A stretch of 64,000 nt of DNA, from positions 38,688,001 to 38,752,000 of the forward strand of contig OX597837.1 of NCBI GenBank assembly GCA_951406725.2. The letters are read 5' to 3'. The number at the start of each line of letters is the position of its first letter. Position 1 is the first letter of the stretch. Source of the stretch: Octopus vulgaris. Its lineage: Eukaryota. Made by a program: the position numbers and the translations under genes. Below the pieces are notes generated by a model. That model was not told the DNA's origin. It worked only from the letters and a program-made list of their open reading frames with translations, and searched no databases. Below, piece by piece: positions 42,181 through 57,697 of the stretch.

Positions 42181-43025
42181 CTAGCATTAAAGACCCGTCG
42201 TTGCCGGGTCATAGTGCTAGTGCATGTATATACGTGTATATATATGTGTACATATTACATGTACATCTATATATATACATCTACACATAAAATACAAAAT
42301 ACAAAGTTATATCTTGATATCGCTAGTGATAACAATACTCAAAATATATAACAGACTGGAATTGTATCGATCAATTGGATCTTGTCCTCCCTCTTGTATA
42401 GAAGTGTGGCTGCGGGACGTCCTACGTCCCAGATATAAAGGTAAAAATAAAATATTTCCACTTTATCGCCTCTGATTAGATATATTTCATAGTTTTATTT
42501 TTAATGTTCAAATCTTCTTTTTTCTACATTGTTACTTTATAGACAATAGTCTTTTAATTTAAAACCATCTGGACTATTCACGCTAATTTTATTTTTAATT
42601 TATTTCCATTCATGTGAAACCACTTAGTTCAAGTCATTGATGCAATTTTATACCAATTGCTATTTTTACTTCTGTTATGTTACGATTATATTATACTTAA
42701 GTTTGGTTTTAATTATTACTTACTACATATAATTCAATTGTTATTATTATTTTTATTGTTAAAGTGAAAGTATCTGACATAAAATAGAGAAATGTTTTTG
42801 TTTCACTTTTAACACGTAATACTGAAATAGTGGAGAAGATATGATATTGCTATGGGCTCGCTCTAGGCAAGAAGTTGAATTTTTTTTGCCCATGAAACTA
42901 TATGGACCCTAAGTAAGGCATGCGTAAAATTTGAATGAAATTGGTTGTGTAGTTCTCAAGTTTTAAGGAAACACACAGACAGACAGACAGACAGACACAC
43001 ATTCTCAGTTTTATATATATAAAGA
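42181..43025 (-). mobile_element. non-autonomous Helitron, both termini present
   Basis: Minus strand: A|TC...hairpin (GACCCGGCAACGACGGGTC)...CTAG|T; AT target, no TSD; (GACA)n near the 5' end. Confidence 0.8.
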
Positions 43026-43309
43026 TATACGAAGCATAAGAGCTTAAAAATTTGTTAATTAATGCATCTTACGATCATTTCATGAAAATATTGTCATTAT
43101 AATGGAATCCATTGTTGATACACATTGATTGACAATACTTCTGCTCGTCAGAGATGGAGAAAATGAAGTTTTTATAATATATCGAATTTTGTTTTAAAAA
43201 ATTGAAAAATACATGAAAAAGTATTTTTTTAAATAGATTATAATTTACTGGTTTAGATTTATGCAGGTCGACTTTGGTAATAAAATTTAAAGTTTGTATT
43301 TACATTCTT

Positions 43310-43680
43310 GGTAAGGGTTTTAGTCGAACAAATCCACCCCTATATCGTTTTATTCTAAGACTGGTTCTTATTCCATTAGTTTCTTTTGCCGAACCGCTAG
43401 TTTACAGAGACGTAAACAAACCAACACTTAGCGTCAAATCGTGGTGATGGACAAACAACACCAGCATGAAAGCAAGGCACAGATGTGTGTGTGTATTTGT
43501 TTGTGTGCGTGTGTGTGTTTGTGTGTGTTTCTTTGTTTAAAAAGGGCCTGAACTGAAAGTTTCCTTTATCAAATCTTTTCGGTGCTCTAGCGCAACTCGG
43601 CGCCCCTGTGAAAGACACATTCACAAGGTGTCACGCAGTGGGACTGAACCTAAGGTCGCAGGGTAGGGAAGCAAGCATCT
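43310..43680 (-). mobile_element. degraded SINE family B
   Basis: 'TTTTGCCGAACCGCTA..CGTAAACAAACCAACA..CACGCAGTGGGACTGAACC'. Confidence 0.65.
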
Positions 43681-43782
43681 GTCCCAGACATATAAATGTA
43701 TTTATGTAGATTTATATGTTAAGTACCACAAACAAAACAAATGGACCTCAAATATAATATAGTAATAATAATAATAATAAAA

Positions 43783-43863
<81 letters not shown>

Positions 43864-43885
43864 GTGATGATGATGGTGATGATGG

Positions 43886-43920
<35 letters not shown>

Positions 43921-43980
43921 GTGATGATAATGATGATGATGGTGATGATGGTGATGATGGTGATGATGATGATGATGATG

Positions 43981-44262
43981 ATCACCAAATTGAAAGTAGA
44001 AATGACAAGACTGTATGGAATGCGAGAGGGTAATGTTAAAGTGATACCAGTGGTGATCGGAGGGTTGGATTCAATCCCATTGAAACTTCAAGACTTCTTA
44101 AGTCAACTGGGAATCCCATGCGAGATTGATGTCTTGCAAAAACCAGCCTTATTGGGGCACAGCGTACATCTTAAGGAAAGCATTATCTGTCTGAGGTCCT
44201 TGTGGTTTGACAGATGACTAAAGACTCCGGTGCATTTTTACCTGCATTGTGTGACGAAGGAA
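43981..44262 (+). mobile_element. R4/Dong-like LINE 3' end abutting (TAA)n
   Basis: 'LKVEMTRLY..VKVIPVVIGGLDSIP..LQKPALLG' REL-domain C-terminus; Dong elements target (TAA)n. Confidence 0.8.
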
Positions 44263-44270
44263 TAATAATG

Positions 44271-44365
<95 letters not shown>

Positions 44366-44369
44366 AATT

Positions 44370-44380
44370 ATAATAATAAT

Positions 44381-44436
<56 letters not shown>

Positions 44437-44551
44437 TTAATGATAATAATAATAATAATAATAATGATTATGATGAGGATGATGATGATGATGATGATAA
44501 TGATGATAATTATAATAATAATAATAATTAATAATAATAATGATAATAATA

Positions 44552-44600
<49 letters not shown>

Positions 44601-44675
44601 GGATGATGATGATGATGATGATAATGATGATAATTATAATAATAATAATAATTAATAATAATAATGATAATAATA

Positions 44676-44722
<47 letters not shown>

Positions 44723-44740
44723 AATGATGATAATTATAAT

Positions 44741-44786
<46 letters not shown>

Positions 44787-44799
44787 GATGATGATGATG

Positions 44800-44880
<81 letters not shown>
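44370..44880. repeat. higher-order tandem of compound (TAA)n/(TGA)n units (~100-125 bp)
   Basis: Junction 'GATAATGATGATAATTATAATAATAAT..AATTAATAAT' recurs three times. Confidence 0.8.
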
Positions 44881-44884
<4 letters not shown>

Positions 44885-45123
44885 CAATAATCCATTCATA
44901 TATTGGCCAAAGGTCAGCAAATTTCAGATGTCGAGAAGTCGATGAAGTATTTAACTGGTACTTATTTTAGTGACTCCGAAAGCATTAAAAAGGCAAAGAG
45001 GAGCTCGACGAAACTTGAATACAGAACATAAAGGCGAACGAAACACCATCGAACATTATCTCCGGCATACTAGCAATCTTGCCAGCACATCGCCTTTGTA
45101 AAAATAATAAAAATGGTAGATAG

Positions 45124-45182
<59 letters not shown>

Positions 45183-45651
45183 TGTACATGTTATACACTC
45201 ACGAACAAGTATATGCATATATACACGAATATATAATTATGTATACATATACACACACACACACATATATATATGCATACACGCACACACACATATATAT
45301 ACATACATATATACGTACATTTGTATATACATATATATATATATGTATACATATAGAGATAGAGATAGATAGATAGATAGATAGACAGATATAGATATAG
45401 ATATGTATATATGTATATATACATACATATATACATATACATATATATACATATATATTGATAGATATGTATATATATGTATATATATGTATATATATAT
45501 ATGAATATACATACATATACATATATATACACATATATACATATAGATAGATATACATATATACACATACACATACACATATATATATATGCATATGTAT
45601 ATACATATATAGATATAGATAGATATGTATACATATGTATATATATAGATA

Positions 45652-45720
<69 letters not shown>

Positions 45721-46174
45721 TGCATATATATATGTGTATATATATATATATACACATACACACATATATATATATCCACTGCTGTATAGTAATGTCTTGT
45801 GTGGCAACGATGTTCTCGATATTCACGCTGTTGTTGTTGTTGTTGTTGTTGTTGTTGATGCCGTGTGACTTGCTCGCTGATTCTTCGTAGATTCCAAAGA
45901 CAACATTGAACACTGAAACCAGTTTTTGGAAACATTCCATTGATGTAACCGTTGTCAATAGCAACCGCAACCAGCACCCACCGCCAACCTCCGCCAACCA
46001 CCAACCACCACCACTGCCACCGCCACCCCCACCGCCACCACCACCGTCTCAACAACAACACCGCACAACCACCACCACTACCACCACCACCATCACATCG
46101 TACTCCCACTACCCTGCACTCAATGCTGTACGTCATTGATCTTTCATCAGTGATCGACACACAGACATGCCATC

Positions 46175-46211
<37 letters not shown>

Positions 46212-46500
46212 GAGAGTGTGTGTGTGAGAGAGAGTCAGGCAAATTATGGCGGTATTTCTCCAGCACAAGTTTCTTTTCGTTCTTTGCAAAGACATTTGGC
46301 AAATCACACACACACACACACACACACTCACACACATGTACACACAAACACACACACACACACATACACAAACACAAATACACACAAGTATACAGACATA
46401 TATAGAGACGTGTATACACATACATACAGAAGCGTTAGGGGGCTCCCCTAATTGTGTATCTTCTTTGCCTGGTTCGATTCGTGAAAGACAATCAAGGACA

Positions 46501-46552
<52 letters not shown>

Positions 46553-46764
46553 GGGTGTTTGTATATGCATATATATATATGTATGTATCTATATAAATAT
46601 ATATATACACACACACACTCACACATATATGCGTGCATATGTATGAATATGTACGTAATCTTATATATGTATATTATATACATACATATATATATATATA
46701 TATATACTCACATAAATTTATATAAATATATGTGTATATATGTATATATATGTATATATATATT

Positions 46765-46819
<55 letters not shown>

Positions 46820-46823
<4 letters not shown>

Positions 46824-47075
46824 TCGTAGGATCGCGGTTTCGATTCCCAGACCGGGTTTATTGAGCGAAAACTCCTAAAAGCTCCACGAGGCTCCGGCAG
46901 GGGGTGGTGATCCCTGCTGTACTCTTTCACCACTCTTTCTCCCACTCTTTCTTCCGTTGGCCTGCTCGCTTAGCCAGCGGTGTGGCGTCATTCGAAGGCT
47001 AAAACAATGCGAACGCATTGTGACTAGCGATGTGTAACACCATCTGATGGTCTGGTCGGTCACGTGATCACGTGA
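46820..47075 (+). mobile_element. SINE family C, 5'-truncated body and tail
   Basis: GGTTTCGATTCCCAGACCGGG B-box region; (CACGTGAT)2 tail. Confidence 0.7.
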
Positions 47076-47095
47076 TATATATATATATATATGTA

Positions 47096-47132
<37 letters not shown>

Positions 47133-47262
47133 TCACACACACACACACATGCACTCACACATATATGTGTGTATATGTATGAATATGTATGTAATGTTAT
47201 ATTTGTGTATTATATACATACATATATATATATACTCACATAAATTTATATATATATATGTA

Positions 47263-47895
47263 TATATGAGTACAGGACATAAAAAAAAAAACGTTGAACA
47301 CAATGAGAAACGAAAACATAAAAACAAAATCATAGAAAGGAACCTTTTTTCAAACAACAAAAAAAAACAGAGAAACAAGACATACAACATAAAGAATGTT
47401 CCCCTTCTTCAGTTGTCCCCTTTTTCATCTACTCCACGGAGTCTTCGAAGTCAGTTGTTCCCATACATACCAAAATATAATTTGGGACTTATGGAGAGTC
47501 AGAGTTGGGAACAAAAGCAGGACAGTGGAGAATACAAAGAAACCGAACGAAAACAAACATGGAGGGTCGTTAGACCGGAACGAGGGTAAAAATAGCGAAC
47601 GCCGACATATCTCCGTGTCTGTTTTCGTTCGGTCTCCTTGTATGGCTCCATTGTCCTGTTTCTGTTCCCAACTCTGACCCCTCCATAAGTCCCAAATTTT
47701 ATTTTGGTACGTATGGGAGCAGCTGTCTTCGAAGAGTCATATTGTCGTTCAGTGCTCGAAGTAGATAGACAGCCGACAACTGACGAAGGGTCGTTCTTTG
47801 TGTTACTTGTCCTGTTTTCCATTTGTTTCTCATTTGCTTTCGCATTTCATGTTGTTTACTGTTTACTGTTTGGTGACGTCCTGTACCCATATATT
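47263..47895. repeat. imperfect fold-back of two related repeat copies in (TA)n
   Basis: 47445-47565 is the reverse complement of 47610-47735; outer ends GTACAGGAC / GTCCTGTAC. Confidence 0.8.
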
Positions 47896-47918
47896 CATAT
47901 ATATATATATATATAAAG

Positions 47919-48006
<88 letters not shown>

Positions 48007-48116
48007 TTAGTGAATTGAAGAAATGGAGTTGAACGAAGATTGAACAGAAATCGTTTTATTGCATTCTACACGTGTTTTGATTAATCTGCAACAAGATTAT
48101 TCATCTTTCTATTTCA

Positions 48117-48163
<47 letters not shown>

Positions 48164-48271
48164 CACCGCCACGACAACATCGATTTTTTCGTCTGCCGTA
48201 AGACATTATTTTTCAAATATGCCAGCTAAGTTGAACTGTCTAAAGTCGAAAGACGCCTGTTGTTTTTGTCC

Positions 48272-48341
<70 letters not shown>

Positions 48342-48659
48342 GTTTTTTGTATTTATATTCGTATTACTTTTTGTTTTTTGTATTTACATTCGTGTGGCAT
48401 CGTCCGTTTTTCTGTCCTTGCTTCGTATTCATTCGATCCTTTTTCCAAGAAATCTAATGCTCATAGCTTAGTTTTTCCTAGGGGCTGGCCGGATCGGAGC
48501 GATCTCAAGATTAATCAGCCGAAATTGCGAGGATGATCTGGTTCTTGACGGAAGATTAGACGCTTCGAATGACCCGCCCGATTTTTGTGTCGTCTATTTG
48601 AATGTTTTGCGTTCTTGTCCCATTTTTGTATTTTTATATATATAATATATATAAATATC

Positions 48660-48787
48660 TTTTATTCTTTTACTTGTTTCAGTCATTTGACTGCGGCCAT
48701 GCTGGAGCACCGCCTTTAGTCAAACACATCGACCCCAGAACTTATTCTTTGTAAGCCCAGTACTTATTCTATCGGTCTCTTTTGCCG
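48660..48787 (-). mobile_element. SINE family B 3' fragment
   Basis: TTTTACTTGTTTCAGTCATTTGACTGCGGCCATGCTGGAGCACCGCC. Confidence 0.85.
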
Positions 48788-48974
48788 CCTATTTCGAAGA
48801 ACTGGCATTCTTTGCTGCAATATTTTAAGTAACAAGTTTCTTATTCTTTATTTTACTAGAAATAATAGCCTGTCCTATACTTTTGCAGGTGTAATAACTT
48901 GTCCTGTACTTTTACAGGTTTATAATCTTAAGAATATGACTTTTCATGATCGCATTTTTCATGTAATATATATA

Positions 48975-49375
48975 TATATACATCTGGAAGATCCTGGAAG
49001 GACTTGTCCCTAACTTTGGCATCGAGAGTTACACAAATACTAGAACTGGGCGCCACTGCATAGTGCCAAGGACTCCAAATTTGCCATCAAGATGTAGGAC
49101 AAGATACTATGATAGCCTGGGCTTCAGAGGTCCACGGCTCTTCAATATCCTCCCGGAGGACCCGAGAGACCTGCATGGGGTGGACCTCTTCCTCTCAGGT
49201 GTCCCAGATGAACCAACTTCACGGCAGGAGGTGCAGATGAGGGCAGCTGCATCAAACTCTCTCATGCACCAAATGTCAATTGCTAAAAAGCATTCGTGAA
49301 GTAAAATCATGTAGCAACACCGAATGGCGGTGCCCCAGCATGGCCACAGCTCGTGATCCGAAACTAGATAAAATT
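48975..49375 (+). mobile_element. CR1-group LINE 3' end sharing its tail with SINE B
   Basis: 'IWKILEGLVPN..RTGRHC..GPRLFNILP..LFLSGVPDEP..SNSL' plus tail GGCGGTGCCCCAGCATGGCCACAG. Confidence 0.85.
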
Positions 49376-49708
49376 TTTATAAAAGATGAAAACTGAATAC
49401 ATATATATATATATATATATGGACTGGCGTGAACGGTGAAGTACGAAGTTTGTTTCGGCTCCGTGAAAGTCGCATAGTGCTGACTGGAACTGGTTTCAAT
49501 AATACATGTAACTCTTCATAAATATGCTGAGCGCACTTTTTCTTCGCTTGTTTACTCATTTGTGTGAGTGTGTGTGCTTGATTGTGTTTGAGCCTGAAAT
49601 TCCTAGATATTTATACATGAAACATGCGCATATGTTGATAAATGTAAGTCCATATATACATGTGTGAAAATATACATATATGCCTGTATGTACTAAGTAT
49701 GTATTATG

Positions 49709-49739
<31 letters not shown>

Positions 49740-49890
49740 GCTCAAGCGCGCACGCACGCACGCACGCACACGATCCAACACACACAAACAAAAATAATCA
49801 ATAAAGATAGATATTTGAGACTGTACAACAGACAAATATCCATATGTGTGTATGTGTATGTAAATGTATTTCTATGTGATAATTTATAAT

Positions 49891-49957
<67 letters not shown>

Positions 49958-50040
49958 ACATACAAAAATTTCATAAACGTATATGTATACATATATTCAT
50001 TCATATATATCTATTATAAAAATGTATGCATGTGTATATA

Positions 50041-50078
<38 letters not shown>

Positions 50079-50097
50079 TCTTATATATAAATATATA

Positions 50098-50151
<54 letters not shown>

Positions 50152-50332
50152 CATACACATATATACATACACGTATATATATATATATACACATATATAT
50201 ATGTATATATATATACATACACATATATATTTATATATAATATATATATATATTTATATATATATATATAAACATATATATTTGTGTATATATGTATAAA
50301 TATATATATATAAACATATATATAGGTATATA

Positions 50333-50378
<46 letters not shown>

Positions 50379-50837
50379 TACATATATGTATACGTATATA
50401 TATATATATACATATATGCTTTGCCCTTCCTGTATAATCCTTGGAGAGTCAGCAGATATTGCATTCCGTTGTCTCTTATGAATCTTCCAGTAATTAAAAT
50501 TGCCGCCATGATAAGTAAAGATCTGTAATTATAGAACGGGCTTTGTTAATAGTACAGAATTAACATTCACGCAAGCCGACACGAAAATATTTCGCTAACA
50601 TCAGCTTTACACACACACACATATATATATATATATGTGTGTGTGCGCGTGTGTATACACATACATATATATATATATACAAATATATACATACATACAT
50701 GTATGTACGTATATCTACACACACACACACATATATATTAGTATATATATATATATATATATATATAGACAAACGTAGTCACATATATTACTCTTTATAC
50801 ATACATACATACATACATACATGCATATATACACACA

Positions 50838-50869
<32 letters not shown>

Positions 50870-50870
50870 C

Positions 50871-50917
<47 letters not shown>

Positions 50918-50920
50918 CGT

Positions 50921-50972
<52 letters not shown>

Positions 50973-51243
50973 GTATATATATATATATATAAATATATGT
51001 AAATATTTATTTATATGAATTTTCATCTGCCTATCTCTTTCTCTCTTCACACGCACTTTCTCACTCCCTCACCTCACTCTCTCTCTCTCACTCTCTCTCT
51101 CTCTCTCCCTCTCATTCTCTCTGTTTCTATAAGTTTGTGCGCGTACGCGAATGTGAATATATATATAGACATGTATTTAAGGGTTTCTATGCATCTGTTT
51201 CCATGTGAATGTGTACACACACACATACACACCTCATACATAC

Positions 51244-51278
<35 letters not shown>

Positions 51279-51467
51279 TGTATGTATGTATGTATGTATG
51301 TATGTATGAATGTATGCATGCATGTATGTATGTATGTATCTATGTATGTATGTATGCATGCATGTATGTATATGCATGTACGAATACATGGATTTCCACC
51401 TACATACACTCATATCTGCAGATAGATATACAGACAGTTAGACAGACAGACAGACAGACAGATAGAC

Positions 51468-51535
<68 letters not shown>

Positions 51536-51540
51536 GGATG

Positions 51541-51675
<135 letters not shown>

Positions 51676-51940
51676 TCTTTTTCTGCCTTTTGCTGCTGAT
51701 CTGCAGCCATTGTGAGGTACCAACTTGACAAATTTTGTCTATGAAATGATTCCATTATATTAGTAAATTTTAGTATTTATTATGTGGATAGATAGATGAT
51801 AGACAGATAGATAGATAGATAGATAGATACATACATACATACATACATACATACATACATACATGCATACATATATATATATATATATATATATACATAG
51901 ATACATACATATACATATATATACATATACATATATATAC

Positions 51941-51989
<49 letters not shown>

Positions 51990-52271
51990 TATACATATAC
52001 ATATATATACACATATAGATAGATAGGCATGCAAGGAACGGAGGGAGCGAAGTAGGGGAGAGGTTGCAAAATGCAAGAACGGAGAGATATTGATTGTGCT
52101 ATAAATGGCATTTCTAATTCTTCAGTGTTTAAGATTCAAAGACGAATAAAAGACAATCTTCATAAGAAGTATGGAGGCTCGTATGAAAGAAGTCCACGTA
52201 AATCTTTTTTCTCAATATAATACGTACATTATTACGTGCATATATTATGTTGTATATAAGCATACACACAC

Positions 52272-52335
<64 letters not shown>

Positions 52336-52447
52336 TCAATCAGGCATTCATGTATGCGTATATTTATGTTTTGCTTTATATGTAAATTAATAGGTATATA
52401 TATACACAGAGAGAGACAGACAGACAGAGACAGGGACAGACAGACAG

Positions 52448-52489
<42 letters not shown>

Positions 52490-52497
52490 CGAGATAG

Positions 52498-52542
<45 letters not shown>

Positions 52543-52755
52543 CAATGATAAATCTCAGAGCGAGTTATAAACAGTAGCAGCAACACATCGTGACGTATAT
52601 TTGCCATTTGAATATGGCTAACCCCTAAGGGTGGATGCTACTGTAGTTTGTAGCCCCAGGAGGACACCTCTTCCAGCTGGCTATAGACACACTCTCTGTG
52701 CCCTGTCAGTATTTGCAAAGGGAAGCCATCCCTCCCGTCTTCAACTTATGATACA

Positions 52756-52796
52756 CGCAGACTCGAGTTTCAGGGTATTGACCCCTCATCGGCGGT
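52756..52796 (-). ncRNA. hammerhead-like motif (U4C), helix I degenerate
   Basis: CCGAUGA-GGGGU(CAAU)ACCCU-GAAA-CUCGAG-UC. Confidence 0.55.
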
Positions 52797-52833
52797 TTAA
52801 CTACATATATATATACATATATATATATGCATA

Positions 52834-52947
<114 letters not shown>

Positions 52948-53170
52948 TATTATTAGTATTATTATTATTGTTATTAGATGATAAAACAATTGTTTTATAC
53001 CTGGTAGCTTACTGGTAAAGAACGGTCACTCTCTTTGTGTCCGTCATGTATCTGGTTAATGAAAGGAAGAAGACGGAAGATATGAGAGTTTTTATTCATA
53101 AAAACTTTCGTATCTTCCATCTTCCGTCTCGCATTAACCAGCTATACATACATACATATATATATATATG

Positions 53171-53483
53171 TACTCTCGACATATGTTTTGAAGACAACAT
53201 GTTTTCATTCCAAAGGAATAAAGGGTGCATTATGCAATCTTCTCATCAGGAAAGAAAGGGAGCCTCTCTCGACAACAAGACAAACAAATATTTCGATGAC
53301 TGCCTACATGATAAACAAAAACACTCATTATCGCTTTGTTTACCATGTAGGCAGTCATCGAAATTTTTGTTTGTCTTGTTGTCGAGAGAGGCTCCCTTTC
53401 TTTCCTGATGAGAAGATTGCATAATGCACCCTTTATTCCTTTGGAATGAAAACATGTTGTCTTCAAAACATATGTCGAGAGTA
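53171..53483. repeat. fold-back, 149-bp arms (2 mismatches), 15-nt spacer
   Basis: Direct reading; the two ORFs on opposite strands are near-identical. Confidence 0.92.
53400..53481 (+). ncRNA. hammerhead relic (G12A), mirrored on the minus strand
   Basis: CUUUC-CUGAUGA-GAAGA..UCUUC-AAAA-CAUAUG-UC-GAGAG. Confidence 0.65.
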
Positions 53484-53681
53484 AAGGAATTTTGTCAACA
53501 TCTTCGTTCGACTCCATTCTTTCATTTATTCATATACAACACACAAATTTCTGCACATGAACCCGGAGTTTCTACCCTTGGACAGGCCGCTTCAACCGTG
53601 TTTCTAACGTGAATTTGCTACCCAGGTTTCGGTTCAACGAATTTTCCATGCTGGCGATAAACATAGGATAATTCATTCACC

Positions 53682-53742
<61 letters not shown>

Positions 53743-53799
53743 GTATATAAATATGTATATATATACCTATACATACATATTCACATATATGTATGTATG

Positions 53800-53831
<32 letters not shown>

Positions 53832-53871
53832 TTTAAATATCTACCTATTTGTCTATCTGTCTATCTGCCCA

Positions 53872-53944
<73 letters not shown>

Positions 53945-53964
53945 CATACACACACACATAAATA

Positions 53965-54009
<45 letters not shown>

Positions 54010-54551
54010 ATACATATATATATATATGTATGTATATATGTATGTACATATGTATGTATATATGCATGTATGTATGTATATATGCATGTATGTATGTATG
54101 TATGTATGTATGTATGTATGTATGCATGTTTATGTATGTATGTATGTATGTATGTATGTATGTATGTATTATCAAGATTGTGCGTATGTGTGTTTTTCTA
54201 TCCGTTCACGAATCTGTGTGGAGAACAGAAAGAAACGCAAAAATGGAAGAATGTTACGCGGTAAATGAAACAGACTGCACCAAGACTGCAAACACAGAAA
54301 ACACCGGAGCAGACACAGAGAGAGAGAGACTGAAAGACAGAGAGAGAGAGAGACAGAAAGAGAGACAGAGAGACAGAAAGACAGAGACAGAGAGTGTGTG
54401 TGGTGCTATGATGTAAGCAGTGTTGTACAACGGTAGAATAACCTGGTTTTTATCATTCCATCTGTGCATATGTACCAAAGTTTAAACGTGATCTTCAACG
54501 CAACTGCCGCCGCCGCCACCGCCGCCGCTCTCTTGCTTTTCTATTTCTTGC

Positions 54552-54591
<40 letters not shown>

Positions 54592-54637
54592 GCTCATAAC
54601 TCTACGTTGGTGTTGGCGTTTTATATGTGTGCATGTG

Positions 54638-54701
<64 letters not shown>

Positions 54702-54873
54702 TATGTATATATATATTTATATACACAAACATATATACATATAATTATAAATATATAGATGTATTTATAATTCTATACATATATATGTATATGTATACAC
54801 ATATATTTGTATATATAGACAAATATATGTACATATATATGTGCGTTTGTATACATGTGCATAAATATATATA

Positions 54874-54923
<50 letters not shown>

Positions 54924-55026
54924 ACATATGTATATATATATATATGCATATATGTATATCTGTGTGTGTGCTCATAACATCTGTACGTCTGTATATATAT
55001 TTATCTGTGTGCATGTATGCATATAC

Positions 55027-55062
<36 letters not shown>

Positions 55063-55139
55063 AGATACATACATATATATATATGTGTGTGTCTATACAT
55101 ACATATACATGCATATATATATATGTGTGTGTATGTATG

Positions 55140-55192
<53 letters not shown>

Positions 55193-56054
55193 GTATATAT
55201 ATATATATATACATATATACATATATATAAAATTTATTTTTGTATTTGTCATTATGGTTGTTGTTGCTGTTGATTTAGGCAGCAAAGGGAGATAACTTTT
55301 TTTTGTTTCATGTATATTATGTTTTTATCAATGTTTAATCTGCTGCAGCCTGTCGGCCATTTTGTTTTCTTCTTTCCTTTTTTTTATTTTCTTGCTTCAT
55401 TTTTGTTTTTTTTGTTTTTTTTTTTGTTTTCTTTGTATATTATTTCTGGCAATTGTTTTATTTTCCTTTCCTTTCCTTTCTTTTTTTTCTTTTTCCTTTC
55501 TTTCTCTCTCGCCTTCTTTCCTTCCGACATTCTTAACTCTTGCTTTATCTTTTCTTGTTGTTCTTCTCTTTCTGGCGTCTCTCTCTAATGAATTTGTTGT
55601 ATACGTTGTGTTTGAGTTGTGAGCGCGTTTATGGATTCGTTGTGAGTCTGTCCGGTCTCTCTCTTGAGTATCCCTTATCATCTTCTATCTTCTCCTTGTT
55701 TCTGTCTTTGGACTGCGGCCATGCTGGAGCACGTCTTTCAAGGGTGCTATCCGAAATAAATCGACACCTGTACTTATTACATCGCGCACTTTCAACGATC
55801 CGCTAAGTTACAGGAACGTAAACAAACCAACATCAATTATTAAGTTGTGATGGGGAGAAGACACCCACAAACACACACTCATTGATACAAGTATACATAT
55901 GTATGTGTATATATATATGTATTATGTGTATATGTGTATATATATATGTGTGTGTGTGTAGATATATATATACATGCACACACATACATACATACATACA
56001 CATACATACATACATACATACATACATACATACATACATACATACATACATACA

Positions 56055-56088
<34 letters not shown>

Positions 56089-56100
56089 CATATATATATA

Positions 56101-56330
56101 TATTTCTTTATTGCCCACAAGTGGATAAACATAGAGAGGACAAACAAGGACAGACAAACGGATTAAGTGGATTACATCGACTCCAGTGCGAAACTGGTAC
56201 TTTATTTATCGACCCAGAAAGGATGAAAGGCAAAATCGACCTCGGCGGAATTTGAACTCAGAACGTGGCGACAGACGAAATACCGCTAAGCATTTCGCCC
56301 GGCGCGCTAACGTTTCTGCCAGCTCGCCGC
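56101..56330 (-). mobile_element. SINE family A, full length
   Basis: Reverse complement starts GGCGGCGAGCTGGCAGAAACGTTAGCGCGCCGGGCG. Confidence 0.9.
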
Positions 56331-56539
56331 CCGATATATATATAAACACTTATACACACACGGACACACACATGCACGTATACATATGACAAGCTTCTTT
56401 CACTCAGGAGTGTTTAGTCAACTTGTAGTCATAGTAGAAAAAAAGACCCTGTCTCAAGGCCACACGCAGTGGCACTGAGCCTGAAAGCATGTGGTTGATA
56501 AGCCAACTTCTTACCACACAGCCACATCTGCGCCTTATG

Positions 56540-56785
56540 CTATACATCTGTTATATATCTGTTGTATGTTGTATATCTGTCGTCTACCTTTTGTACATCT
56601 GTTGTACATCTGTTTTATATCTGTTGCATATTTGCTGTATATTTCACTCATATCTGTTATGTATTTGTTCTATATCGCTTCGACGTCTGTTCTACATCTG
56701 TTCTATATCTGATGTATATTAGTTGTAATCTAACGTATAACCCTTGTACACTACTTGTATATCTGTTGTACATCTGTTATGTGTG
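56540..56785. repeat. degenerate 11-bp minisatellite (TGTAYATCTGT)
   Basis: About 20 diverged units. Confidence 0.8.
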
Positions 56786-57167
56786 ACTTGCATCCATTAT
56801 GTGCATGCGTTCACTGCAGGAAATGCGCATGCTCAAAGGAAGCGGTTTTTTATATATATTTCCTATGCAAATATTCAGCGTCAATATTTCCTATTTTATG
56901 TTTTACATCGAATATTTCTCACATTTCTCCATAGAGACACACACACACATACACACATATACATACACACACACACACAAACATATATATAAATATATGT
57001 ATGTTTATGTATCTATGTATGTAGGTATGCATGTGTGTATGTACATATGTTTATACATATATATGTGTATGTGCATATATATATATACATACATACATAC
57101 ATGCATACAAACATATTGTACATAGTTTGCATTCTTATAACCTATCTGCTGTCTATACATATATACA

Positions 57168-57206
<39 letters not shown>

Positions 57207-57229
57207 GTGTGTGTGTGTGTGTGTGTGTG

Positions 57230-57295
<66 letters not shown>

Positions 57296-57634
57296 CATAA
57301 ATTTATAAATATATATATATATATATAAGTATATATGCATATATGTATATATGTGCATATATATATATATGCATGGAAGCATATTCTTCCTTTGTACGAA
57401 AATAAATCACTGAAATTATTTCAGGAGGAGTTATTCAACTCTCATACCTACTGAAATTTTATGGTACACTGAGTGCCAAAATATTTGGCGGGTACATATT
57501 TGTGGTTTAAGAAGTCTACCAATGGTTTCCCGCAAAGAGTGATCTCTTAGCAATTATCAAGCTAACCACATAGGAACTTTTGTACCCCTCCCAATTTTTG
57601 GATGAGGATACCCGAAATTACACGAAAATAAATA

Positions 57635-57697
<63 letters not shown>

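Noticed and set aside
45891-46139. Proline-rich plus-strand exon candidate
   Set aside because: Mostly (CCA)n-derived; weak splice sites; no homology recognised
47400-47800. CUGANGA-AGGG boxes in both arms of the fold-back
   Set aside because: No downstream helix II closure or GAAA-palindrome-UH found
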